NCBI GenBank assembly: GCA_037969075.1
Contig: JBBKWS010000003.1
Location: 1 to 20,089 of the forward strand
From: Bdellovibrionales bacterium
GTDB taxonomy: Bacteria > Bdellovibrionota > Bdellovibrionia > Bdellovibrionales > UBA840
DNA length: 20,089 bases
Direction: 5' to 3'
Shown here: piece after piece, positions 1 through 9,082 of the stretch
How the letters are laid out: every line of letters begins with the position of its first letter
Numbering within the stretch: position 1 is the first letter of the stretch
Notes under the pieces: generated by a model
Database searches by the model: none
The model's input: only the letters and a program-made list of their open reading frames with translations
What the model was told of the DNA's origin: nothing
Made by a program: the position numbers and the translations under genes

Positions 1-78
1 TCCGAACTCAGAAGTTAAGCCCGTCAGCGGCGATGGTACTGCAGGGGAGCCCCTGTGGAAGAGTAGCACGATGCCAGC
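1..78 (+). rRNA. rrf: 5S rRNA, 3' portion (5' end lies before the window)
   Basis: Conserved 5S motifs CCGAAC..GAAGTTAAGC, CGATGGTACT and GAGTAG..ATGCCAG, with a GCAGGGG/CCCCTGT helix. A terminator follows. The 3' end is approximate. Confidence 0.95.
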
Positions 79-88
79 TTTATTTTTT

Positions 89-117
89 AACCCGATCGAA
101 AGATCGGGTTTTTTTTT
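89..117 (+). terminator. Rho-independent terminator of the rRNA operon
   Basis: Perfect stem AACCCGATC-GAAA-GATCGGGTT (GNRA loop) running into a T tract. Confidence 0.92.
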
Positions 118-183
118 GCCATTACAGCATGACAAGTAATTGCCATTTCGCTTTAATAACTAAAATTTTAAGGAGGATAAATA

Positions 184-675
184 ATGTTTAGATCACTTGT
201 TGTTTTACTAAGTCTACTTTTTATTTCTTGTGCAACTTCATATCAGAAAACAGGATTCTCTGGTGGCTATTCTGAAAAAGAAATCAAAAAGGATTTATGG
301 AAAGTTACATTTGGCGGAAATGGTTTTACCACAAAAGACTCCGCTCAAACTTACTGGTTATACCGTGCTTCGGAACTAACTATAGAAAAGGGATATGATT
401 ATTTTGAAATCCAAAACACATGGATTGGTGGTATTCCGCTTTGGAAGGAAAATTTAAACTTCATCATGGTTGCCCAAGTGATATATATTCCGATGGCTGA
501 TGTTTATAAACCAGTAGTAGAGCTAGACATTAAGCTTTATAAGAAACCGTTTCGCCCTAAGGCGCCTAAAAGTTTTGATGCTAAAAAGTTACTATCCACG
601 CTTGATCCTTATGTAAAGGGTAAAAAATGTAGTGATAATAACGTATGTGCGCATGAAAAGACCTATTTGAAATAG
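184..675 (+). CDS. Lipoprotein, resembles the CC0125/CC1285 family
   Basis: SD AGGAGG at 171-176; hydrophobic signal with lipobox FISC; CATxYQ..GGYSE..VTFxGNGFT..LYRAAE-like..GYDYF pattern. The family assignment is from recall of the pattern, not a search. Confidence 0.8.
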   Translation: MFRSLVVLLSLLFISCATSYQKTGFSGGYSEKEIKKDLWKVTFGGNGFTTKDSAQTYWLYRASELTIEKGYDYFEIQNTWIGGIPLWKENLNFIMVAQVIYIPMADVYKPVVELDIKLYKKPFRPKAPKSFDAKKLLSTLDPYVKGKKCSDNNVCAHEKTYLK

Positions 676-750
676 CCCAAAGTCCAGCATTCTTTGTTTT
701 TATTGGAATCATCTGACGACTATTAGAAAATAAAACTTACAGAGGTGAAT

Positions 751-1509
751 ATGATTTTTTCTATTTTTTTAAGTCTAATGTTACAGTCGCCAATGCCATC
801 TTATGCTCAAGACGATGGAGAGTTTGAAATTGAGGCAGAGCACATTGAAATAGAGGATTTAGAAGAAGAGCAAAAGGTTGCACAAGAGCAAGCTCAGCAA
901 AAAGAAGATGAAGCGAAAAAAATGGAGCAAGAATTAAAAAGTGTAAAATCAGAAAAAGAAAAAGTTAAAAAGAAAGCCGAGATAGATATTAAAAGAGCCG
1001 AAGCTCGTAGAATGAAGGCCGTTGTTCGCGAAGGCAAAGCTAAGGATGAGACTAAAAAGTTAAGACTTGAGATTGAAAAAACTCTTAAAAAGGTTGCTGA
1101 TACAGAAGCGAAAGCAAATACAGCTGAAGATAAATTGCGCGCAACAGAAGAAGAGAAGTCCCAGACGATATCTAAGAGAAAAGATGCAAATGGTCGTTTA
1201 GCTGATGCGCAAGAGAAGAAAGCAGATTTAGAAAAGAAAATAAAAAAACTTAGAGAAGAAGTTAAAGTCGAAAAGGCTGCTGCGGTAAAAGCTGAAGCCA
1301 ATGCGAAAAATGCTGAGGCTGTCGCTATTAAAACTGAAAAGCTAGCTAATAAAGAAGAGGCTATAGCAAATAAAGCTACGGCTGCGGCTGAAAAAAGAGC
1401 AGAAGCTGCTAGAAAAAGAGAGTCCGCTGCAAAAGCAAAAAAAGAGGCTGCTGAAAGAAAAATGAAGGCGGCAAAAGAGAGAGCTAAAAAAGCCAAAAAG
1501 GTTAAGTAA
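751..1509 (+). CDS. Secreted K/E/A-rich coiled-coil protein of unknown function (TolA-like composition)
   Basis: ATG 751 follows AGAGGTGA (the ORF track start is GTG 745). Signal peptide ends at SYA|Q. An acidic N-terminus grades into a basic AKK/AAE C-terminus. Confidence 0.8.
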   Translation: MIFSIFLSLMLQSPMPSYAQDDGEFEIEAEHIEIEDLEEEQKVAQEQAQQKEDEAKKMEQELKSVKSEKEKVKKKAEIDIKRAEARRMKAVVREGKAKDETKKLRLEIEKTLKKVADTEAKANTAEDKLRATEEEKSQTISKRKDANGRLADAQEKKADLEKKIKKLREEVKVEKAAAVKAEANAKNAEAVAIKTEKLANKEEAIANKATAAAEKRAEAARKRESAAKAKKEAAERKMKAAKERAKKAKKVK

Positions 1510-2209
1510 AATAAATCTCTTGAAATATGTGGGCTTTTTCAACACCTTTAATTTGTAAAAGCTCTTTAATTTCTTTTATCATTTCACCATTTCCACAAAG
1601 ATAAAAATCGGCATTGTCCCAAGTGGCATGGTGATCACGCAGGAACCCACTAACTCTTCCTCTAAAACCTTTCCAACTAGGACCAGCTTGAGACACGCAC
1701 GGTTGCCAAGTAAGACCTTTGATTTCCTTAAAGTATTGGTCGTATAATACTTCATCTTCACTTCTTACGCCTAATAAGCAGAGAGCTTCAATAGGTAGTT
1801 TTTCGTAGATCGAAAGACTATTTAACATAGAGTAAAATGGCGCAATTCCAGTGCCTGTCGCAATAAATACAGGGTATCTATCTGGTTCGGTTTTAAATGT
1901 AAATTTGCCAAAGGGCCCAGAGCATTGAATGACATCGCCAACTTTTAAGCTTTTTAATTGAGGCGTACCTAGTCCGTCAGCCACAAGCTTTATACATAAC
2001 ATTACAGATTTTTTTTCGGGATTCGAAGCTATTGAATATGACCTTTTTATTGTCTTACCTTCTTGTCTAGGATCTGGAAGGGCAATTTGTAAAAACTGAC
2101 CGGCAGTGAATGGGAAGTCGATATCTGGTTGAAACTCGAGTTCGAATACAGTCGGTGTTATATTTTCATTGCGAATGACTTTTGCTGTAAATTTAAGTAG
2201 TTTGTTCAT
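1502..2209 (-). CDS. Ferredoxin-NADP reductase-family FAD/NAD(P)-binding oxidoreductase
   Basis: FTAGQF, RSYSIAS (FAD), GPFGKF, ATGTGIAP (NAD), YLCG and C-terminal ExYF motifs. Confidence 0.92.
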   Translation of the reverse strand: MNKLLKFTAKVIRNENITPTVFELEFQPDIDFPFTAGQFLQIALPDPRQEGKTIKRSYSIASNPEKKSVMLCIKLVADGLGTPQLKSLKVGDVIQCSGPFGKFTFKTEPDRYPVFIATGTGIAPFYSMLNSLSIYEKLPIEALCLLGVRSEDEVLYDQYFKEIKGLTWQPCVSQAGPSWKGFRGRVSGFLRDHHATWDNADFYLCGNGEMIKEIKELLQIKGVEKAHIFQEIYFT

Positions 2210-2217
2210 TACTTAGC

Positions 2218-2245
2218 AATATACTTTTAAACTTATCGGGGTCAA
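2218..2245 (-). promoter_or_regulatory. Putative sigma70 promoter for the oxidoreductase
   Basis: Minus strand TTGACC-N16-TATATT, ending 8 nt before the ATG; no SD. Confidence 0.45.
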
Positions 2246-2248
2246 CCT

Positions 2249-3367
2249 TTGTCAGTTTCTGAAGCGTTACATTGTAAATATGCAGGAAGATGTGGGGGGT
2301 GCCCACAAATAATGACGCCTTATAGTGAGCAAATAATAGATAAGCAAAAATTTTTGAAATCACATCTCGGTATAGATATAAAAATTCACACTGTGGATAT
2401 TGGACATTTACGGGATCGCTGTGATTTAAGCCTTATTGAACGGGATGGAGAGAAAATATTAGGTTTATATGATATTGATAAAAAGATTATTTTAGATTTA
2501 GAAGAATGCCCGCAAATGAGTGAGTCTCTCTGGAGAGCAGTCAGTAAATTTCGCGCTGATTTACCGCCGATTACTTTAGGAAGCGTTAGAATTCGGGTTA
2601 GTCCAAATGGGCAAGTAGGAATTTGGTTAGATTTGCCGAATCTAACGGTTAAGGATCTACTTATTGAAAAAAGCTGGTTTGAGCGCACATTAAAATGGGC
2701 GTATGTAGAAATTGGGCAAAAGAGAAAGAAGTTAGTGTACGAAAATGGAAAGCACCAACTCTTAGAAAATCAGTTTGAGACTTGGTTTGAAACTTACATT
2801 GGTAAAACATTAGATCCATTTCCAATATATGGTTGTGTCGGTGGATTTACGCAGCCAGGGTTTCGTGCAAATAAGAAATTGATAGAAGTGATAGACTCTC
2901 TGTTGCCCGACAAAAAGTTAAATATTCTTGAGCTTTGTTCAGGATCGGGTAACTTTTCTATAAATCTAGCTTCATTGGGCCATAATGTCACAGCTGCAGA
3001 GGTGGATAACTCTTCATTAGAGGCGATGCAGTTGTCCTTAAATGAATTTGATAATAAAAAATTAATAGATATTCACCGAATTAATATCCACAGTAAAAGT
3101 CCTAAAATAAAAGACTTATTTGTAGATAAAGACCTTGTTTTAGTTGATCCTCCCAGATCAGGGCTAGGACGAAGTCTAGATGCTATGATGGAGTTGAAGG
3201 TGCTTCCTAAAAACTTTATATATATATCTTGTTATCCAGAGTCTCTAGCTCAGGATCTGCAAAAATTAGAAATTTTAGGATATAGATTAACTAAAGCAGA
3301 GGCTGTAGATCAGTTTCCTCAAAGTAAACACATTGAGGTTATCTGTTTATTAGAAATGCAAAGTTAA
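2249..3367 (+). CDS. TrmA/RlmC/RlmD-family RNA (uracil-5-)-methyltransferase, 4Fe-4S type, no TRAM domain
   Basis: N-terminal CKYAGRCGGC and a later EECP Cys; GGFTQ; LELCSGSG SAM motif; DPPRSG; YISC catalytic Cys; DQFPQSKHIE. TTG start. Confidence 0.9.
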   Translation: MSVSEALHCKYAGRCGGCPQIMTPYSEQIIDKQKFLKSHLGIDIKIHTVDIGHLRDRCDLSLIERDGEKILGLYDIDKKIILDLEECPQMSESLWRAVSKFRADLPPITLGSVRIRVSPNGQVGIWLDLPNLTVKDLLIEKSWFERTLKWAYVEIGQKRKKLVYENGKHQLLENQFETWFETYIGKTLDPFPIYGCVGGFTQPGFRANKKLIEVIDSLLPDKKLNILELCSGSGNFSINLASLGHNVTAAEVDNSSLEAMQLSLNEFDNKKLIDIHRINIHSKSPKIKDLFVDKDLVLVDPPRSGLGRSLDAMMELKVLPKNFIYISCYPESLAQDLQKLEILGYRLTKAEAVDQFPQSKHIEVICLLEMQS

Positions 3368-4086
3368 ACTTTAAATCTATTAGGTTCAATACTGTCTACC
3401 CAACTTTTATAATTTTCAAATACTACATTGATTTCAGCGGGCTCTTGTACCGGCCCGATATGAACCATTAATTTTCCACGTTTTGCGAAACCTTGACCTT
3501 TAGGCCATAGCTTATTTGCGTTTTCTAAATATAAAAATAAAATGGGCGCGTGTGATTTTTGTGAAAACACACTTACTCCTCGTTTAAACTTATGTATATA
3601 ACCATCTGGTGTTCTAGTTCCTTCTGGAAATAGAATCATCCATATTTCTTTTAGGTCTGTTAACATTCGCATGCAAAGACGAATAGCCTCTCCATTTTTA
3701 CCTTTTCTATCTATTGGAATGGCTCGAATACAGTGTTTTGAAAAATAACTAATTACTGGATTAGAAAAAAAGTAATCCTTCGCAGCGGCTGAATACTGTC
3801 TATGCCAATAACGAAGAGGGATCGCAGCTGCGATAGATATAGCATCTAGATGTGAGGAGTGATTTGATATAATAATTAATTTTGGATACTTTTGATAGAT
3901 CTCTTTAAAGCTTCCTTTAACCTCTAGCTTAATATAAAAACGAAAGAATATACGCTTAAGGAAGTATGCCCAAAGCCATTCTATAAGGCGTTCGAAGATA
4001 GAGGGGTTTTCACTAATTAGTGGTAAGTGTTGCAAATGCGAGGGAAGCTGGGTCCATTGTTTATTTTTGTATTCCCATTTTTTCAT
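3364..4086 (-). CDS. plsC: 1-acyl-sn-glycerol-3-phosphate (lysophospholipid) acyltransferase
   Basis: NHSSHLD (HX4D), AAAKDYFF, IPIDR and FPEGTR motifs; ATGA overlap with the upstream gene. Confidence 0.88.
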   Translation of the reverse strand: MKKWEYKNKQWTQLPSHLQHLPLISENPSIFERLIEWLWAYFLKRIFFRFYIKLEVKGSFKEIYQKYPKLIIISNHSSHLDAISIAAAIPLRYWHRQYSAAAKDYFFSNPVISYFSKHCIRAIPIDRKGKNGEAIRLCMRMLTDLKEIWMILFPEGTRTPDGYIHKFKRGVSVFSQKSHAPILFLYLENANKLWPKGQGFAKRGKLMVHIGPVQEPAEINVVFENYKSWVDSIEPNRFKV

Positions 4087-5006
4087 GTATACTTCTGGAT
4101 AAGGATTAATGCGTAGTAATAAATAGGTGCAACATAAATTAGTCTGTCCATACGATCTATAATACCACCTCTACCAAAAATATAGGCTCCCACATCTTTA
4201 ATACCTAAATCGCGCCTTAAGACTCCCATTGATATATCACCTAATCCACCAACTAGAGAGGCGATCAGACCAGCTGTGATCCAATAAATGTCGCCATCTA
4301 CTGGTAAAATATTGCGAATTCCGCGCGCTAGTAAAAGTGTGCAAATAATTCCGATGACCATGCCTTCTAAACTTCTGCGTGGTGCTATCTTTTCGATATA
4401 GTTAATTTTACCGTATAGCTTACTCCAACTTAAAATGATCGTATCATAGAACTCAGTTAATATTACTATATATACAATGTATCTAGCGCCATCTTGCCAC
4501 TTTGTAAGTATCGCAAGATGTAGGAATGACCAGCTAATAAAAATATATGCAATTACAGAAAGTGAAGTGAACTGTAGCATTCCTTTGAATTCATTCTTTA
4601 AAAGAGGAATTAAAAATACTAGGCCTAATAAGAACATGGGTAAGATATTGTACAGATAATAATATTCATAATGTATTAAGAAAATGGCGCCTATTGTCGC
4701 TGCGTATATTGTCCATGCAAATAAGTACTGCGTGTACAGCCCTGTCATTTTAAAAAATTCTTTGAGAGCCAGTAGAGCAATAATTGCAAAACCTATTAAA
4801 GGTATAGGGTAACTTAACCCAAGTATTATACAGACAATTGGCAGTGCACCTAACCAGGATAGATAAATCATCCAAGCTGTTTTTAAATTAACAGTACGTT
4901 TTCTAAATGGGAATAGAATAAGGCCAATAATTCCCATGTATGAAAATATACCTATAATTGTTTTTTGATATATAGGATCTAGCCATGCTCCTAAATATTG
5001 ACTCAT
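4083..5006 (-). CDS. cdsA: Phosphatidate cytidylyltransferase (CdsA/YnbB-like), divergent
   Basis: Multi-pass membrane protein with APRRSLEG and GD..RRDLGIKD.G....GRGGIIDRMD, matching the CdsA C-terminal signature. Confidence 0.82.
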   Translation of the reverse strand: MSQYLGAWLDPIYQKTIIGIFSYMGIIGLILFPFRKRTVNLKTAWMIYLSWLGALPIVCIILGLSYPIPLIGFAIIALLALKEFFKMTGLYTQYLFAWTIYAATIGAIFLIHYEYYYLYNILPMFLLGLVFLIPLLKNEFKGMLQFTSLSVIAYIFISWSFLHLAILTKWQDGARYIVYIVILTEFYDTIILSWSKLYGKINYIEKIAPRRSLEGMVIGIICTLLLARGIRNILPVDGDIYWITAGLIASLVGGLGDISMGVLRRDLGIKDVGAYIFGRGGIIDRMDRLIYVAPIYYYALILIQKYT

Positions 5007-6343
5007 TTTTTTACCTCTATAGAATAGTCGCTGATTTTTTTATATAAGCTTGAGCGAGAAATTCCAAGTATTTTTGCGGCAGAGTCAATGTCACTATCTA
5101 ACTCTAAAGCTTTTTCGATCACCTTTTTTTCATATTGATTTAATAAATTCGATAGACCAACATTAAGATCGAGGCCTTCTGCAGGAGAAGATAATAGTTT
5201 ACCCCTGATAATAGTCTCTACGTCTTCGGCGCGTATGATTGGTAGGGGCGAAGAAAAGCATAGCTGTTCACAAACTCTTTTTAGTTCACGAATATTCCCT
5301 GGCCAATCATATTTTTTCAGTTGCTCAATAGCTTCATCTGAAAGCATTTTATTTCTTCTGGGCTTTTCATTCTCTAAAAAATATTTGGTAAGTTCTTTTA
5401 TATCGTCAAGCCTGTCTCTAAGTGGGGGTAATATAAGTTTTTTACCATTAAGCCTCCACATTAAATCCTCTCTGAACTTACCTTCTTTTACCATCTTCTC
5501 TAAATTTTTATTCGTGGCCACGATCACTCTTGCCGTAACCTTGATTACATCTTTACCGCCAACGCGTCTGATTTCTCCATTTTCTAGAAAACGCAGTAAC
5601 TTTGCTTGTAATGTAAGTGGCAGGGCCTCAATCTCATCTAAAAATAAATCGCCGCCGTTTGCTGCTTCCGCCAAGCCCATTTTATTTTGATCGGCTCCTG
5701 TGAATGCTCCTTTTACATGGCCAAAAACTTCTGATTCAAAAACTGCTTCGGGTAGGGCCGCTACGTTTACAGAAATAAAGGGTCTGTTATTATTTGAGCT
5801 ATACAGTAGCTTTGATACTACCTCTTTGCCGGTTCCAGATTCTCCTTCAATAAGAATGGGACCAGGCTCTCCTGCTAGTTCGGCTATTTTTCGCTTTATC
5901 TCGACAGACTCTCTGCTGCTTCCGATCCACGGGATAAAGGATTGCGAGCTACGAACCGTGGCACTATTGAGTAAAAAGTGGTACTCAATTTTTTCTAAAA
6001 TTAAATGAATTTCTTCGGTAGTTAAAGGTTTTGCTAAAAATCTTGTGGCCCCTGCTTTTAGACAATCTTCCATTAAGTCGCGATCTAAATTACCTGAGAT
6101 TGTTACAATTTCAAGATTGCTTTGTTCTTTTGCTAAGTATCTTACTACTTTTAAGCCTTCCGGTTTAGTGATATCGCCTGTTAGATGCATGTCTACAAAA
6201 GCAGCATGAAAAAAATCCTTAGGTATATCTTCTAGTTTGTATACACTCGTCATAAGCCAATTTTCTGGTAATACTAAACGAATTGATTGATGAATCAAAT
6301 CATCATCATCGACGACTAAAAGTTTTAGCTTTTGATTTGGCAA
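5003..6343 (-). CDS. Sigma54-dependent response regulator (NtrC/AtoC type: REC-AAA+-HTH)
   Basis: VVDDD..FVDMHL receiver; GESGTGKE; GAFTGA; LFLDEI; WPGNIREL; Fis-type HTH AAKILGISRSSLYKK. Start moved to TTG 6343, which has AGGAG 7 nt upstream (ORF track start 6361). Confidence 0.93.
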   Translation of the reverse strand: MPNQKLKLLVVDDDDLIHQSIRLVLPENWLMTSVYKLEDIPKDFFHAAFVDMHLTGDITKPEGLKVVRYLAKEQSNLEIVTISGNLDRDLMEDCLKAGATRFLAKPLTTEEIHLILEKIEYHFLLNSATVRSSQSFIPWIGSSRESVEIKRKIAELAGEPGPILIEGESGTGKEVVSKLLYSSNNNRPFISVNVAALPEAVFESEVFGHVKGAFTGADQNKMGLAEAANGGDLFLDEIEALPLTLQAKLLRFLENGEIRRVGGKDVIKVTARVIVATNKNLEKMVKEGKFREDLMWRLNGKKLILPPLRDRLDDIKELTKYFLENEKPRRNKMLSDEAIEQLKKYDWPGNIRELKRVCEQLCFSSPLPIIRAEDVETIIRGKLLSSPAEGLDLNVGLSNLLNQYEKKVIEKALELDSDIDSAAKILGISRSSLYKKISDYSIEVKK

Positions 6344-6378
6344 AGTAACACTCCTGTACAATAATATGTATGTCCTAT

Positions 6379-6407
6379 ATTATTTTTTCTCTTAGTAGAT
6401 TAGTCAA
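6379..6407 (-). promoter_or_regulatory. Putative sigma70 promoter of the regulator-cdsA-plsC operon
   Basis: Minus strand TTGACT-N17-AATAAT. Confidence 0.5.
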
Positions 6408-6425
6408 ATACTTGAAGGAATACGA

Positions 6426-7622
6426 ATGAAGATATTATTACTAGAAAATATACATCCTAAAACAGTTGAAATTTTAAAAAATGAGGGCTTTGAATTAGAG
6501 TTATTAAAAACAGCTCTTAGTGAAGAGGAGTTGTGTCAAAAGCTAAAAGGGTTCCAAGTCCTTGGTATTCGTTCTAAAACCCAAATCACTGAGAAAGTCT
6601 TAACATCCTGCCCTGATCTACTAACTATAGGTGCATTTTGTATTGGTACTAATCAGATTGATGTTTCTACAGCATATCGCCAAGGGGTGCCTGTTTTTAA
6701 TGCTCCATATAGTAACACTAGAAGTGTGGCAGAGTTAGTGCTTTGTGAAATCATAGGGTTGTCTAGGAAGCTATTTTATTTAAATATGCAGGCACAACAA
6801 GGCGTGTGGTTGAAATCTTCGTCGGACTCTTATGAAGTTAGAGGAAAGACTTTAGGAATCATTGGTTATGGACATATTGGGAGTCAGATAAGCGTATTGG
6901 CAGAGTCCCTTGGCCTACAAGTTTACTACTATGACGTTATCAAAAAGTTACCACTGGGTAACTCGAAATCTGTTTCAAACTTATCTGATCTATTAAAGAT
7001 ATCTGATTTTGTTACATTGCATGTTCCTGAGACAGAGCAAACTAAAAATATGATTGGTGAAGTTGAATTAGCTCAAATGAAAAAAGGAAGTTATTTAATT
7101 AATGCTAGTCGAGGAACGGTAGTTGATATTGAAGCTTTGGCACTTGCGATTAAATCAAAACATATTGCAGGCGTTGCTATTGATGTCTTTCCTCAAGAAC
7201 CAAAAAATAATAACGAAGCATTTTACACACCACTTCAAGGTCTAGAAAATGTTGTACTAACTCCTCATATTGGTGGCAGCACAGAAGAAGCGCAGGAGGC
7301 TATTGGTATCGAGGTGGCTGATAGTTTTGTTAGGTTTTTAAAAAGAGGGGCCACGCTGGGTGCGGTTAATTTTCCTAATGTAGATTTACCAATGCTCCCA
7401 ACTTGTCACCGAATTGTGAACGTACATAAAAACGTTCCTGGGGTGCTTTCTGAAATAAACAAAGTAGTGTCTAGCATGGGAATAAATATTAGCGCGCAAT
7501 ATCTATCAACCTACGCAGAGATTGGTTATTTGGTTATGGACGTAGACCAAGCGGATGCTAGACAGTTTAGAGATGAAATTTCTAAATTGCCCACCAGTAT
7601 TAAAACTAGAGTGCTTTTTTAA
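6426..7622 (+). CDS. serA: D-3-phosphoglycerate dehydrogenase (E. coli-type, C-terminal ACT domain)
   Basis: GIRSKT, FCIGTNQID, NAPYSNTRSVAE, GIIGYGHIG, INASRG, TPHIGGSTEEAQ, ACT-domain HKNVPGVL. Confidence 0.96.
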   Translation: MKILLLENIHPKTVEILKNEGFELELLKTALSEEELCQKLKGFQVLGIRSKTQITEKVLTSCPDLLTIGAFCIGTNQIDVSTAYRQGVPVFNAPYSNTRSVAELVLCEIIGLSRKLFYLNMQAQQGVWLKSSSDSYEVRGKTLGIIGYGHIGSQISVLAESLGLQVYYYDVIKKLPLGNSKSVSNLSDLLKISDFVTLHVPETEQTKNMIGEVELAQMKKGSYLINASRGTVVDIEALALAIKSKHIAGVAIDVFPQEPKNNNEAFYTPLQGLENVVLTPHIGGSTEEAQEAIGIEVADSFVRFLKRGATLGAVNFPNVDLPMLPTCHRIVNVHKNVPGVLSEINKVVSSMGINISAQYLSTYAEIGYLVMDVDQADARQFRDEISKLPTSIKTRVLF

Positions 7623-7631
7623 AATAAAAAC

Positions 7632-9008
7632 TTAAGCATCAAACATTTTTCCAGGATTTAATATAAGTCCTGGATCGAAAACTTTTTTTATTTTTTTCAT
7701 GTAAATGATTTCTTCTTCGGATCTAGTAAAATTGAGAAATGATTTTTTACTAAGGCCAACTCCATGTTCGGCAGATATACTACCTTTAAATTTTTTGATA
7801 GTATCAAAGAGAGCTAAATCGGACTGTCTACATTTTTTGATGAAGTCATCCATCAGCATATCTTTAGGTTTTAATATACTAATATGCAAGTTTCCATCAC
7901 CGATGTGACCAAACCAAACTACTTCAAATTCAGAATATTCTTTTTTATAAATTGCATCTATGGCCTGCATAAATTCAGGGACATTTGATATTTTTACAGA
8001 CACATCATTTTTATAAGGAGTTGCAAATGCTAATGATTCAGTAATGTCTTCTCTAAAACGCCAGAAAATTTTAGCCTGCTCGGCACTTTGTGACATCACT
8101 CCGTCTACTACAAGGTTTTGTTCCATACATACTTCAAAGCATTTTAAGATATCTTCCTCTGCTGCTTCGGTGGTTTTTTCAACCTCAACAAGTAAATAGA
8201 TGGGGGCATCTGTAGCCAGTGGTTTTGGTAGGCCAGTACTTTTTGCGACGTGATTCATGGCAATATCAGTAAACATTTCGAATGCCATTAGTGAAGTATG
8301 CTTTCTAAATAAAGAAAAAATCTTCATAACAGAGTCAAGATCAGGAACTGCTAGAAGTAATGATTGTAAATCACCGTGTGGATGAGTAAATCGAATCTCT
8401 GCCTCAGTAATAATACCAAGCGTACCTTCGTTGCCAATGAATAAATGTCTAAAATCGTAACCGGTAGCATTTTTAACAAGAGACTGATTGAGCTTTAATA
8501 TTTCTCCATCACCAGTAACAACTGTTAGACTGCTAACCCAATCTCTTGTTAAGCCGTATCTTAATACTTTGATTCCCCCTGCATTGGTGGAAATATTTCC
8601 ACCAATATGAGAGGAGCCGCGAGCCGCAAAGTCTACTGGAAACAGATAAGCCTTTTCTTGTAAGTGCTGTTGGAGAGCTTCAGTTATGACGCCCGCTTCT
8701 ACATGTATAGTCATATCGAGTTCGTTGAGGGCGTGTATTTGATTCATCTTCTCTAAGGAGACCACCATCTCATTGTCTTTTGCGACGGCACCGCCACTTA
8801 AGCCAGTTCTTCCGCCTGATACTACTAGCTTCTGCTTGTTTAGATTGGCCCACTTAACGATTTTTTGTACTTCTTCAGTAGTCTTTGGGAAAAGAATAGC
8901 CTTGGGGTTTGGCTGATAGTACCTAGTCCAATCTTGGCCATATGTTTTTAAATCTTCTGTATTGGTTGATATTTGATCTGGATTTAAAAAATTCAGCAGT
9001 TTTTCCAT
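7632..9008 (-). CDS. FAD-linked oxidase (VAO/PCMH family), probable D-2-hydroxyglutarate dehydrogenase
   Basis: SGGRTGLSGGA, IGGNISTNAGG, KNATGYD, EGTLGIIT, FGHIGDGNLH, SAEHGVG, LNPGK; adjacent to serA; SD AGGAG. Confidence 0.85.
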   Translation of the reverse strand: MEKLLNFLNPDQISTNTEDLKTYGQDWTRYYQPNPKAILFPKTTEEVQKIVKWANLNKQKLVVSGGRTGLSGGAVAKDNEMVVSLEKMNQIHALNELDMTIHVEAGVITEALQQHLQEKAYLFPVDFAARGSSHIGGNISTNAGGIKVLRYGLTRDWVSSLTVVTGDGEILKLNQSLVKNATGYDFRHLFIGNEGTLGIITEAEIRFTHPHGDLQSLLLAVPDLDSVMKIFSLFRKHTSLMAFEMFTDIAMNHVAKSTGLPKPLATDAPIYLLVEVEKTTEAAEEDILKCFEVCMEQNLVVDGVMSQSAEQAKIFWRFREDITESLAFATPYKNDVSVKISNVPEFMQAIDAIYKKEYSEFEVVWFGHIGDGNLHISILKPKDMLMDDFIKKCRQSDLALFDTIKKFKGSISAEHGVGLSKKSFLNFTRSEEEIIYMKKIKKVFDPGLILNPGKMFDA

Positions 9009-9026
9009 AAACTTCTCCTGAGGAAA

Positions 9027-9055
9027 AGAATCTGCAATTTTATGATAAAATGCAA
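9027..9055 (-). promoter_or_regulatory. Putative sigma70 promoter overlapped by a palindromic operator
   Basis: Minus strand TTGCAT-N17-GATTCT; ATTTTAT-G-ATAAAAT palindrome at 9037-9051. Confidence 0.4.
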
Positions 9056-9082
9056 GTCGATGGTGTGGATTAGCTCATTGAG

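Noticed and set aside
696..722. Sigma28-like GACGACTA upstream of the coiled-coil gene
   Set aside because: No acceptable -35 at 15-nt spacing.
894..1496. 200-aa hydrophobic antisense ORF
   Set aside because: Mirror of K/E/A codons (AAA, GAA, GCT) on the plus strand; no SD and no family motif.
6360..6384. AATAATAT/ATATTATT inverted repeat between the regulator and serA
   Set aside because: Pure A/T 8-mer in an AT-rich gap; compatible with chance.
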